Positions 1 to 13,400 of a stretch of 64,000 bases of DNA are shown here, piece by piece. The stretch spans positions 744,001-808,000 of the forward strand of contig CBFDEM010000051.1 in the NCBI GenBank assembly GCA_965603825.1, given 5' to 3'. The notes under the pieces are model-generated. The model searched no databases. It was given only the letters and a program-made list of their open reading frames with translations, and was not told the DNA's origin. Origin of the DNA: Blepharisma stoltei ATCC 30299. Taxonomy: Eukaryota > Protista > Ciliophora. Position numbers and translations under genes: made by a program. Position 1 is the stretch's first letter. Each line of letters starts with the position of its first letter.

Positions 1-1
1 A

Positions 2-538
2 ATTTTCGGGGAATATGGAAACTCGATGTGGTGTGCGATAATCACAATGACAACAGTAGGGTATGGAGACTACTTCCCAGTCACCAGTGCTGGCCGCTTA
101 TTCGATGTCCTTGCCTGTATATGAGGAGTTTTATGTGTATCTTTAATGGTAATTACATTGACAAATATGCTAATGCTTGACGCAGGTCAACAAACTTCAT
201 TAACAATCCTTAATAGGCTGTGGTTTAAAGAAGAATTAAAACAGCTGGCAGCTTTTGTATTAACCTCAGCAGTAAGATATAGATATTATGTGAGGCATTA
301 TCCAGACAAAAGAAGGAAAATCGCTATACAATTAGGTAGATTTCGGCATTATTTTAACGATTTTCAGAGCTTTAAAATAAAGCAAAGGACTTTATATGAC
401 TTTGACTCTTTTGAGGACAGAATTGAAAGGAAAATGATTGATGTAATAGAAGATAGCGAAACAATTGAAGAAACCAAAAAAGAAATTGATGGGATTATTG
501 AATATTTGGAGGCGAAAATTCCAGATTTAGCAAAATAA
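2..538 (+). CDS. Potassium channel, 3' part (SK/Ca2+-activated-like); 5' end outside window
   Basis: The frame from nt 2 reads IFGEYGNSMWCAIITMTTVGYGDYFPVTSAGRLFDVLACI(TGA=W at 122-124)GVLCVSLMVITL. This gives the pore helix, TVGYGD selectivity filter and S6, then a helical tail resembling the SK calmodulin-binding region. TAA stop at 536-538. Confidence 0.9.
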
Positions 539-626
539 AATTATAGCTCCCAAGAAACTTTTACCGCTTATTATATGACTTTAATAATAATAATTTATAC
601 GTTAATTAAATATTTAATGTTTTATT

Positions 627-3600
627 TTAAACTTGTAGATTCACATCTTGGAAATCTGCATTATCGCTTCTCTTGTTGTTAATTACATAAATTGCTGTTC
701 TGTGAGTATCATTTGGAAAATCTTCATCTGATGCATTGCTTTTATTGTTATTATTATTTTTTTCTTCGACCACATACAAAAATAATTTTTTCATGTCCAT
801 ATTTAGTATGCTCTCTTGCTCTGAATCAGCAGGCAATGCTGACATTGGGTCATCATTCGCAATGATTGAAAAATATTTTTCGCCTTGTTTAACTTTGACG
901 TGATTTAGCTCAGATTTTTCAAAAATTTCGTCACTGAACCCATCCATTACTTTCCGACTAAATCTTCGTTTTAAGCATGGAATTAAATCAGTTAAGATTT
1001 GAAAACCAGCCCAAAATATTTTTTTAAGCCAGTAATAAAGGAAATATATATTTACAGCACAGATTAAAATAAAAAAAGCAGTTTTTGAAAATGAATCTAA
1101 TGACCCTGTCAAATAGTAAAGTCCACAATATATTGTAACAGCCGCTACTAAAATTGACCGAATTTCCATTTTATTCAAAACATCACCATCATAAGGCTGA
1201 ACTACACTTTGGTAGTAAAGACAAAGTAAAAGCAGTATCATGACAGTTAATGCTTGGATGCTGGTATTGACATTCGCTAAAAATACAGAGCAGCATACAA
1301 TAAGGATTTTTCTATATAAAATAATAAATTCCCAATAATAAGATTTTGCTTTATATCCGTTGAAAAGAAACCCAAACTGAAGTCTGACACTAATTGAGTC
1401 TAATTTTCTTTTATTTCTTCATAGAAAATATAGAGAAACAGTCGGAATACCGATTCCTCATATTATCATAGAAGGGACTGCAACTGCTAGGGAATAAAAT
1501 ACATGTCCCCTATCCCAGCATCGAATGTCTAAATCTTGCACAAGCCAGTACTCTCCTTCGTCAATTTGTCTACAGGAAAACACTGCAAACATAGACTTTA
1601 CTAAATTTGGATGGAAAAGAAACAGCAAAATTACGATTGTAGAAATTAAATCATTTTTAAATGAATTCAAAGTCTTTCTGTAAATTGCTACAGATCCTCA
1701 AAATAGTATTGAAATCAATCCTATAATTGCTGGAATTATGCTCATAATAATAAGTTTATTGAAATAAACTTGGTCATTACCTTGTCCTGTGTCTAAAAAG
1801 CAGTCAAAAGAAAAAACCTGTTCACTTACTGATCCTGTATCATTCTGTATGGAAAATAGTTGGGTCACACTAGACGGCCATTGCAAGTCAAAAGTAGTCA
1901 CAAGCATCACAATTTGTAAATAATTCACAAAAATCTTTATATATATTGATTGCACTGACTTCGGCTTATAAGCAGAATTCCTAGTCGTTTTTACCATTAT
2001 TCCACAAATAAAAATCACAGCAAGCATTATCCCAATTACTTTAAAAGCATTAGAAACTGCATTTGGGCATTTCCCGCAAGTATTTGTGCTGGTTCTCGAA
2101 TAGCCATTTTCGCATGCCTGGCACAAATTTCCTGTATATCCTTCATGGCAAAGTCCAGTAAAAGATAGATTTGGAGGCTGTGGAGAGCCTAAACAAGCTA
2201 AAGATTTTGGACAGGCAAGAAAATTCTCAGACATATTGCTCGACCTTCAATACCCCTTTTGCGGAACAATAGTATAGTTTCCATAACAAGTCGCTGAATG
2301 TGAAGGACAGGGAATACATTGAGTGTTTGAAGGGTTTAAGCTATAATATCCAATTCCACAAACTTCGCAGTTAACACCTACAGTGGCTTCTCCTATTATG
2401 CATAGGCGAAGAGTAACATCAATAGTTACTGAAGGAATAAATGTAACATTTGTTGCAATTTTTGACTGTTTCGTTGTATCTATACCTGTAGAAGTTGTTT
2501 TTATGGAAATCGTTGTTCCTGGCTTAGCAGAAACTATGAAATTATCAAAATAATATATCCCTTTTATTGCAGTTGTTTTTGTTAACCCAGATAAGGTCGT
2601 TGAGGTTGAATCTTCAGGAAAAAGTTGTGCAGTGCTTGAGCTATCTGTTGCTACAATGTTTCCATAATAATCTACCAATGCTAGTGTAATGCTTTGAGTC
2701 ATTTCTTGACCGGAAGCAATGCCAGAAATAGAGGTCGCTGTTGGGATGTCATCTAGTCTTCTACTATATTCAACTAGATTCCCATTTTTATCTATAGCCA
2801 TCAATTTTATTGCAAAAGAAGAAATTTCAGGTGCATAAGAAGCTTCATTATCATGAAATGAATTCCCATAAGCTATAGGAAACACATCTATTCAGTTTAT
2901 GCCTCCTCCATTATATTTAGCATAATTTTCTATAAAGCTGTTATAGGTAATATTAAATACACAAGTCGTAAAATCTGAGCAAGCTAAATTTATTCCACCT
3001 CCATTTCCAGTAGTAGGGGTAGTTCCCACAATTTCGCTAGTCGTATTTGCGATATTTCCTACAAATTCAGAAGAAGATACATTTAAACTGATATCGTTTG
3101 TGTATATTCCACCTCCTAATGATGCTGAATTGTTTCAAAATGATGATTCTGCTATAATATAAGGGTTTTCTATTTCTGTGTCGCTTGATGTCGATAAATA
3201 GATGGCACCACCAGTATCTGCTGTATTTTCTTGGAAATAGCAGTTATTTAAATAGACTGATATGCAAGAAATGCAAGTTAATGAGCCTCCATTGGTGCCA
3301 ATCCCATTATAAAATTTTGAGTCTTTTATATACACAGAATTCATTTTAGATCCATAAATAGCGCCTACCTTGTAATTTTTCATAACCGTGCTCTCAATAA
3401 TCAGATCACTTTCATAGCCGATTATCACTCCCCCTACATCCTTGCTATATGAGTTATAAAATGCGCTATTATTTATGAGCAAAGTGCTGCTTGAATAAGA
3501 CAGAATTACTCCACCTCCTCCATTTTTGGCGCTATTTCTATTAAAGATCCCATTATAAATATTTACTGTGCTAGAAATAGAAAAAATAGACCCAGCTGAG

Positions 3601-6600
3601 CTTGCACTTGATCCATCTATAAAAGTTGTGTTAAAAATACTTGCTATGCTTTGAGCAGTCGCATATATAAAGCTTCCTTGGTCTCCATTTTGACTTGAAA
3701 AGGCAGAGTTAGCTATTGTAGCCTGTGAAAGTGTTAAAAGGATTCCAGGGGTAATATATGATGCTATATTTTGGGTTATAGTAGATGATTCAATGCTTAT
3801 AGAAGAGTCAAGAAGAGCAATACTAGCTTCATTTGTGGAATTATTATAAGAAATTGTAGAGTTCAAAATGATAGAAATTGGAGTAGTTGACCCTAGCATA
3901 TATATAGCAGATCCTTTATCAGCGCATTTATTTCCTTTAATATTAGATTTTGTGATGTTAAAAAACGATTTCTGTTCACTGAAAATAGCCCCACCTGAGC
4001 CTTTTGCTGTATTTCCTATAAATGTGCAGCCTAAACAATAAAATTTAGAACCTGATCCTGCAGAAACAGCTCCTCCATCTGAAGATACTTGATTATAAGA
4101 AAAAATCGTATTTTCGCATACAGCAAGTGAGGCCTCAAGCATTTTTACTCCTCCTGATGGGCTTCCAACGTTATAAGTTAGTTCGGAGTTTGTATCTTCC
4201 CAATGGTCATTATCTAATGTTATAGGTGTTGCTGCGTTATTTGTAAATTTGCAAGAGTCTGTAATAAGATGAGAATAAACATCAGAATTTGTCATATAAA
4301 TAACTGCAAGACCACTATTTTGGATAAAATCAGCTGATTTTATTGTAAGTCTCGAATAGTAGCTACTTGACTCAGCTGCAATTTCTGAATGCAAAGATGA
4401 GCCAAGTCTTCCTATATTGGAAGTAAATTCGCAATCTGAAATAAGAAAAATTCCACTTAAAAAATAAAGTGCAATGGCTCCTGATGTTGTTGAATTATTT
4501 TGTATAAAGCTAGAAGAAACAATGGATGAGTTGCTATTTTGATCAAGATTTACTGTGCTATCTATATAAATAGCAGCTCCATAACTGCCATAATTTTGAG
4601 TGAATTTTGAATCTTTTATAGCAAAAGTTGCAATATTAGTGACAACTCCAGTGTTTTCTACATAAATTGCTCCACCTTGTGATATTAATGCAATATTCGA
4701 TATAAAACTGCATGAATCTATTGAAATTTCCATAATGCCAGCAGTTATCTGCATAACATACAACGCTCCACCTTTTGCTTTAGCATAATTATTTGTAAAC
4801 GAACTATTTGATATAAAAAGTGATTTCCCAGAAAACAAAATTCCTCCTCCATCATTCGCGTTATTTCAACTAAAAGTTGATTTTTGAATTTTTAATATTA
4901 AAGCGCTGCCTTTTGCATAAATAGTCCCATATCCTTGATCTGCATTGTTTATGTTTACATTTGCGGTAGAATCTATTATATCAGTTTGATTGCCTCCATT
5001 TATATACAAAACAGTCGGATACTCTGCAGATTTACCTAAATTGTTATCAAAAATGACATGATTGAAAGCAGTTATATTTGAATTTGTCAGAAATATATAA
5101 GGAGTTGAAGATGATGCGCAATTTTTTTTGATTTCTGAGTTTTCAATTGTAAATTTTATCAGTGAGTTCATAGACGCTAAAGAAGAAATATCTAAGGAAA
5201 TTGAGGATGATATTAGATTTTTTAAATAAATATTAGTATCTATTTTCCATACAGAAATGACAATGCTGTTAACTGTATTATTTGAAGTTCCATTTTCAGT
5301 CACATTAATAGCATTTAAGTTCAAGTTTACAAGTTTTGTAAAATCCCACATTCCAGAGCCTCCTGAATTATTGTTTATCAATTTTATAGTATCCCAGCTA
5401 AAAGTCCTATATCTTTCATAAGCCTTAACTTTATTACCATTAGATTTTGTTACAGTAGAAGTTTGGCCAAAAATATATTGGTTTAAAATAACGGAGTTAT
5501 AAATATACACTAACGCCCCTTTTTCTGCGCCGTTGCATTCCATTGTTACATTATTTCAATAAATATTCTGCAGCTCAGTTTGGTATTGAGCTGCAAAAAT
5601 TCCATAGTAAAACCCATAATTATATGAAAATATTGTATCTTCAATAACTATATGGTCAATTAAATAGTCAATAACTTGATTCTGAGAGTTTAAAGTCGAT
5701 TTTAGATCAAGATTGGAAGAACTTAAATAAATCAAAGCAGAGTATACCAAATTATAAGAAAAAGTGCAGGATTCTATTTTTAGAGTCCTGAAAATTTCTA
5801 AATAAATTAAAGAATCATCATCAGCATTTGATGGAGAATAAACAGCATTATTTTCAAAAATCACCCTACCAAAAGAAATATCTTGAGCTCTAGCTGCCCT
5901 GAAAAATCCTTTTAGTGTTAACGATGAAGAATACTCAAAGCCGTTGTTAAGCCTTGTAACTTTCCCTCCACTATAAGAAAAATTCCCACAACCATAAGTA
6001 TATCCAGAGTTTTGCAAGCAATCTTGAAATACAACTACTGCAGATCCTGAGCTCGGATTTGTCCTTATATTATCAAAATCAACATTATAAAGCTTGACAG
6101 TCCCTCCGTTGCTAAAAATAATTGAATTTTCTTCCATTCTTCAGTTATTAAAAGCAACATTGTATAAGAGTAAAGTAGTTCCACTAACAGCTTCAATTAG
6201 ATTTCATTTATGGTATTTTTGACACAGACTTGAGCCAGTAAAGTTAGTTATTGTGTTTCCTCTGTCATCTTTATAGCTTCCATCATATTGCTGAGTTATA
6301 AATGGACAATATGAGCAATAGCCGTCTAAGCAGCCGTTATGCCCATGAGCCCATTCATTTCCATCAAAAATGATATTACTTATAATTATCGTATCAGTAT
6401 TTTGTGTAGTAATGGTCAGGATATTTCAGTCAGTTTTTGGCTTAAAATATACCTTACTGCTATTTTCAGAAATTATTGATAAGCTTTTTCTGCGAGTTTT
6501 AGAATTATATGGTTTTGAGCTATCCGGCGCCACAACTGACATAATATTTGTTTTATTCAGCTGTGTCAAATAATGAACTCCATCATTAAGCAGTATAACA

Positions 6601-8042
6601 ACTGAATATTTGCTGTTTATAGCTGTCAAAGCAAGAGATAATGACTCGAATGGATTTTCTCTGGTACCATCTCCACCGGCTTGATCATTCGTTGTGAGAG
6701 ATGTCACATAATAATATGTCGGACTTACCATTGTAGAGCTATCATCATTAGGCAAGCATAGAGGATAAGAGCCTGCTATTGATTTAGCTGTATATCCACA
6801 AGGACATGCCTTTAAACAATACCCATAAAATTGATATGAATTCATAGTGTCGCACATATAGCACTGTCCATCGTCCGGACCATAGCAGGATTTGCAATTT
6901 CTATCATGACAACGCGAAGTTTTTTCTGGTAGGCAATTGAGCCAAGAATAAGCACAGGATTTGGTATCACAATTTTGAACGCAAGTATTTGGGTAGCTTA
7001 AAAGTATTCCTGTATTACAGTTTTGGCCTGCGCATTCATTGAGTTTTTGAACAGTTGATAAATCGTTATTGACAAGCTGTAAATGCATATAAAACAGTAT
7101 TAAATTTGTATTTTTGCAGTGCTTAGCTGTATCTGTGCTATATTGATCATAATAGCAATCCGCAGTCATACAATTTTCATTGCATTGACCATAGATCTTA
7201 TGATTACAACCTGTCGCACATTGGCAATCATCCCCATCAAAATCACAGCTTGAGACTCAGCACGAATCTTGGCAAACTCCATCATTTATATCTGTATAAA
7301 AGCATCCTGCATTACATTCTCCACACTTATAAGAATCATACTGGCAAGCTTCATTATTGCATTCTTTATCACATTTATTGTTCTCCAGCATACTTTTTGT
7401 GCATCCAGGAGCACAATCACAGTCTGTTCCATCATAACCACAGTCAGCGAAATAGCAAGCTGAGTTGCAAACTCCATCATTAATCATAAATGAGTAACAG
7501 CCATCAGCACAGGTATTGTTATCACAGTCTCCGAAGTCAAAATTACAGTTAGCATTATTGCAAACATCATCACATTTTCCATCACCTAAAAGAAAAGATG
7601 TACAATTTGTACTGCATTCTTGGCAGTGACTTTCACCGTAATAACAACTAGCTGTGTTACATGATGAATAACAAGCAGTTCCAAGCATTTCTTCGTAGCC
7701 TGTATATAAATTACAAGAATCAGCACAATACCCACAGTCTCCTAAATCTCACCCACATTTAGCATTATTACAAGCAGTGTCACATTTACCATCTCCTAAT
7801 AAATCAGGACTACAGTCATTATAATAGACACAATCGAAATAACAGTCAGATTTAGAAAAATCATAAGGCTCTGTAGATAATTCTGTGTCAAAATTGCAAT
7901 ATTTGGTCATACAATTCGTGTCACAATAGTTATCTCCTTTCTATGTGAAAATTACATAAGAATCTGGACATCAGTTATTATTGCAGGATATACTTAAGGA
8001 ATAAGCAAGTGGTAAAAAAGTAAACGGAATCAGTGGGATCAT
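627..8042 (-). CDS. Giant LNR / beta-helix / multi-TM surface protein, copy A (~2466 aa; one intron 7941-7955)
   Basis: ATG at 8042 gives MIPLIPFTFLPLAYS (signal-peptide-like). The track ORFs starting at 7688, 7169, 6137, 5543, 4838, 2885, 2234, 1670 and 1241 are all in this frame, broken at TGA. Contains GDGxCDxxCNxxxCxxDxGDC repeats, GGA(I/L)/FxxN repeats and a C-terminal multi-TM domain. TAA at 629-627. Confidence 0.9.
7941..7955 (-). other. 15-nt spliceosomal intron (GTAATTTTCACATAG)
   Basis: GT..AG, 15 nt, A at position 10. Removal deletes an in-frame TAG and restores the LNR motif CPDSY|KGDNYCD. Same position in copies C-F. Confidence 0.92.
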
Positions 8043-8828
8043 TTTATTATTAAAAAGTGAAATAAATTTGACCATTTTATACACGACTTTGAGAATTTTT
8101 TTTCATAACTATTTAGAAATTTAACTCATAACTAAATATTCAAGATCACTTTGTTTTCGCTTATAATTTTAATAGCAATTTTATTTTAATTTTATTTCCT
8201 CTCCTAAAATATGAATAAAAAATAATTATAAAAACATTTTATTAACATAAATTTTTCCTTTTTTGACTTTGAGGATTTATCTCTACCAGCACTATTATTT
8301 TAGATTGTTTTAGGCTTTTCTCATAGAATCAAAAAAAGGAAAAAATTGGATTGGTTAAGACGAATATGCGATTATATTTTTCTTTGTCTTTTATTATAAG
8401 ATTTTAATATAAAGATTGCAGCTAGTCCTTTTATTTACATTTAGCCAATTGCACCTTTCTTTAGAATAGTTTCAATTTTCTTTTCAAATTGTTTGGACAA
8501 CCTCTAGAAGGTCGAAGAAATTTAAATTATTCACCTTTTTCCATATCTGTTTTGCATATTTTGTCTGCCTAGTTATTTTAAAAATAAGTTTTAGAATTTT
8601 ATAATTGATGCTTAATATAAAGACTTACTTATTATATAAATTATTGGAGACATAAAAAAAGCATATAAAGCAAATCTCGATAGAATTAAAATTATATTCT
8701 ATATGATTCATTTCTTCTAATAAAGATAAATATTTGATAAAAATTATTTAAGTTTAATTAAAAAAATGTCTCCTAGAATTCTTTGACTTCTTTTTAAAGA
8801 CTTTATAATAATTGATTTAGTAAGATAA

Positions 8829-11800
8829 TTATTTATTTGGCATTCTAGTTTTTAAACTTGCAGATCTAGAAGGTGGACAATCTGCATCCTCATTTGTGCG
8901 ATCAAAATCGTTTATCACTGTCTTATAGATTTCCCCTGGATAATATTCCTCTACACTGATATCATTAGCTCCCTTTGTGGATTCTAATTTATTTTCTACG
9001 ACACGCAAAAATAGTTTTCTCATATCCATATTTAGCATGCTTTCTAACTCTACATCAGCAGGTAATGCTGACATTGGGTCTTCGTTCGCAATGATAGAAA
9101 AATATTTTTCGCCTTGTTTAACTTTGACATGATTTAGCTCAGATTTTTCAAAAATTTCGTCACTGAACCCATCCATGACTTTACGGCTAAATCTTTTTCG
9201 TAAGCAAGGAATTAAATCAGATAAGATTTGAAAGCCAGCTCCAAACATTTTTTTAAGCCAATAATAGAGGAAATAAATATTTACAGCACAGATTAAAATA
9301 AAGAAAACAGTTTTTGATACAGAATCTAAAGAGCCAGTCAAATAGTAAAGTCCACAATAAATTGTAACAGCCGCTACTAAAATTGACCGAATTTCCATTT
9401 CATTTAAAACATTTCCATCATAAGGCTGCACCAAATTTTGGAAGTAAAGACAAAGTAAAAGCAGCATCATGACAGTTAATGCTTGGATGCTTGTATTGAC
9501 ATTTGCTAAAAATACAGAGCAGCATACAATAAGGATTTTTCTATATAAAATAGCAAATTCCCAGTAATAAGATTTTGCTTTATATCCATTAAAAAGAAAC
9601 CCAAACTGAAGCCTGACACTAATTGAGTCTAATTTTCTTTTATTTCTTCATAGACAATATAAAGAAACAGTCGGAATACCGATTCCTCATACTATAATAG
9701 AAGGGACTGCAACAGCAAGGGAATAAAATACATGTCTATTATCCCAGCATCGAATATCTAAATCTTGCACAAGTCAGTACTCTCCTGCGTCAATTTCTCT
9801 ACATGAAAACACTGCAAACATAGACTTTACTAAATTTGGGTGGAAAAGAAATAGCAAAATCACAATGGTAGAAATTAAATCATTTTTAAATGATTTTAAA
9901 GTCTTTTTATAAATTGCTACAGATCCTCAGAATATAATTGATACTAATGCTATAATTGTAGGAATTATGCTCATAATAATAAGTTTATTGAAATAAACTT
10001 GGTCATTACCTTGGCCTGTATCTAAAAAGCAGTCAAAAGAAAAAACCTGTTCACTTACTGATCCTGTGTCATTTTGGATAGAAAAGAGTTGGGTCACACT
10101 GGATGGCCATTGCAAATCGAAAGTAGTCACAAGCATCACAATTTGTAAATAATTCACAAAAATCTTTATATATATTGACTGCACTGACTTCGGTTTATAA
10201 GCAGAATTCCTAGTCGTTTTTACCATTATTCCACATATAAGAACTACAGCAAGCATTATTCCAATTACTTTAAAAGCATTAGAAACTGCACTTGGGCATT
10301 TCCCGCAAGTATTTGTGCTGGTTCTCGAATAGCCATTTTCGCATCCCTGACACAAATTTCCTGTATATCCTTCATGGCAAAGCCCTGTAAAAGATAAATT
10401 AGGAGGCTGTGGAGAGCCTAAGCAAGCTGAAGATTTTGGACAGGCAAGAAAATTCTCAGACATATTACTCGACCTTCAATACCCCTTTTGAGGAACAATT
10501 GTATAATTTCCATAACAAGTCGCTGAATGTGCAGGACAAGCTAAGCACTGAGTGTAAGTAGGGTTTAAGCTATAATACCCAGCCCCGCAAACGTCACAAT
10601 TAACCCCTACAGTGGCTTCTCCTATTATGCATAGGCGAAGAGTTACATCAATAGTTACTGAAGGAATAAATGAGACATTTGTAGACATTTTAGACGCTTT
10701 TGTAGTGTCTATGCCAGTAGACGTTGTTTTTATAGAAACACTTGTCCCTGGTTTCGCTGAAACTACAAAACTGTCGAAATAATATATACCTTTAACAGCA
10801 GTTGTTTTAGTCGTCCCAGATAAGGTTGTAGAGGCTGAATCTTCAGGGAAAAGTTGTGCAGTACTTGAGCTATCTGTTGCTACAATGTTTCCATAATAAT
10901 CCACTAGTGCCAAAGTAATGCTTTTTGTAGTAGTTTGGCCAGATGCAATTCCAGAAATTGAGGTCGCTGTCGGAATATCATCTAGTCTTCTATTGTATTC
11001 AACTAGATTCCCACTTTTATCTACAGCCATCAATTTTATTGCAAAAGAAGAAATTTCAGGTGCATAAGAAGCTTTATTATCTTTAAATGTATTCCCATAA
11101 GCTATAGGAAACACATCTATTCAGTTTATACCTCCTCCATTATATTTAGCATAATTTTCTGTAAAGCTGTTATAGGTAATATTAAATACACAAGTCGTAA
11201 AATCTGAGCAAGCTAAATTTATTCCACCTCCATTTCCAGTAGTCGGTGTAGTTCCCACAATTTCGCTAGTCGTATTTGCGATATTTCCTACAAATGTTGA
11301 AGAGGATACATTTAAACTGATATTGTTTGTGTATATTCCACCTCCTAATGATGCTGAATTATTCCAAAATGATGATTGTTTTATGATATAAGGATTTCCT
11401 ATTTCTGTGTCACTTGAAGTAGATAAATAAATGGCTCCACCAGTATCTGCAGTGTTTTCTTGGAAATAGCAGTTATATAAATAGACTGATATGCAAGAAA
11501 TGCAAGTTAATGAGCCTCCATTGGTGCCAGCCCCATTATAAAATTTTGAATTTTTTATAGTAACTGAATTCATTTTAGATCCATAAATAGCGCCTACCTT
11601 GTAATTTTTCATAATCGTGCTTTCAACAGTCAGATCACTTTCATAGCCGATTATTACTCCTCCTACATCCTTACTATATGAGTTATAAAACGCGCTATTA
11701 TATATCACTAAAGTGCTGCTTGAATAAGACAGAATAACCCCACCCCCTCCATTTTTGGCACTATTTGTATTAAAAGTCCCATTATAAATATTCACGGTAC

Positions 11801-13400
11801 TTGAAATCGAAAAAATAGACCCTGCTGAGCTTGTACTTGTTCCACCTGTAAAAGTTGTGTTAGAAACAGTAGCTGTGCTTTGAGTAGTCGCATATATAAA
11901 GCTTCCTTGGTCTCCATTTTGACTTGAAAAGGCAGAATTAGATATTGTGGCCTGTGAAAGTGTTAGAAGGATTCCAGGGGTAATATATGATGCTATATTT
12001 TGGGTTATAGTAGATGATTCAATTTTTATAGAAGAGTCAAGAAGAGCAATAGTAGCTTCATTTGTGGAATTATTATAAGTAATATTAGAGTTCAAAATGG
12101 TAGAAATTGGAGTAGTTGACCCTAGCATATATATAGCAGATCCTTTATCAGCACATTTATTTCCTTTAATATAAGATTTTGTGATGTTAAAAAACGATTT
12201 CTGCTCACTGAAAATAGCTCCGCCTGAGCCTTTTGCTGTATTTCCTATAAATGTGCAGCCTAAACAATAAAATTTAGAACCTGATCCTGCAGAAACAGCT
12301 CCTCCATCTGAAGACACTTGATTATAAGAAAAAATCGTATTTTTACAAACAGCAAGCGAGGCATCAAGCATTTTTACTCCTCCTGATGGGCTTCCAACGT
12401 TATAGGTTAGTTCGGAGTTTGTATCTTCCCAATGGTCATAATCCAGTGTTATAGGTGTTGCTGCGTTATTTGTAAATTTGCAAGAGTCAGTAATAAGGTA
12501 AGAATAAACATCAGAATTTGTCATATAAATAACTGCAAGGCCACTATTTAGGGTAAAATCACCTGATTCTATTGTAAGTCTTGAATAGTAGTTACTTGGC
12601 TCAGCTGTTATTTCTAGATGCAAAGATGAGCCAAGTCTTCCTATATTTGAAGTAAACTTGCAATCTGAAATAAGAAATATTCCACTAAAAAAATAGAGTG
12701 CAATGGCTCCTGATGTTGTTGAATTATTTTTTATAAAACTAGAAGAAACAATAGATGAGTTGCCATTTTGATCAAGATTCACTGTGCTATCTATATAAAT
12801 AGCAGCTCCATAACTGCCATAATTTTGAGTGAATATTGCATTGCTTAATGCAAAACTGATTGTGTTATATAAAATCCCCGTGTTTTCTATGTAAATGGCT
12901 CCACCTGGAGATATTAGTGCGCAATTTAAAGTAAAATTGCAGGAATCTATTGAAACAGTCATACTTGCAGCAGCTGACTGCTGAATATATAATGCCCCAC
13001 CTTTTGTATTCGCTGTATTATTGATAAATGAGCTATCATTTATAGAAATAGATATGCCAGAAAACAAGATTGCTCCAGCATTATTCACATTATTATTAGT
13101 AAAAACAGTTCTCGCGATGCCCAATGTTAAAGTGCTACCTTTAGCATAAACCGTCCCATACGCTTGGCCTGCATTATTTATGTTTCCTTTTACTGTGGAG
13201 TCTGATATATCAGTTTGATTGCCTCCATTTATATACAAAGCAGTGGGATTATCTGTCGATATGCCTATATTGGTATCAAAAATTACATTATCAAAAACTG
13301 TTATATTTGAATTTGTTAGTAATAAATAAGGTGTCGATGCTGATGCGATATTATTTTCAATTTTTGAATTTTCAATTGTAAGTTTTATCATTTGGTTCAT
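8829..13400 (-). CDS. Copy B, 5'-truncated (open 1523-aa frame lacking signal peptide and LNR repeats); possibly a pseudogene
   Basis: Very similar to copy C from the beta-helix to the C-terminus. Homology stops abruptly at ~13484-13487, with an in-frame TAA at 13490-13488. First ATG at 13400. No TAA/TAG seen in the stretches read before the stop at 8831-8829. Confidence 0.75.

Noticed and set aside
7250-7483. His-rich plus-strand ORFs over the LNR regions (also 20158-20613, 37197-37514, 45733-46194)
   Set aside because: Antisense shadows of Cys/Asp/Asn-rich codons; start and stop positions are not conserved among copies.
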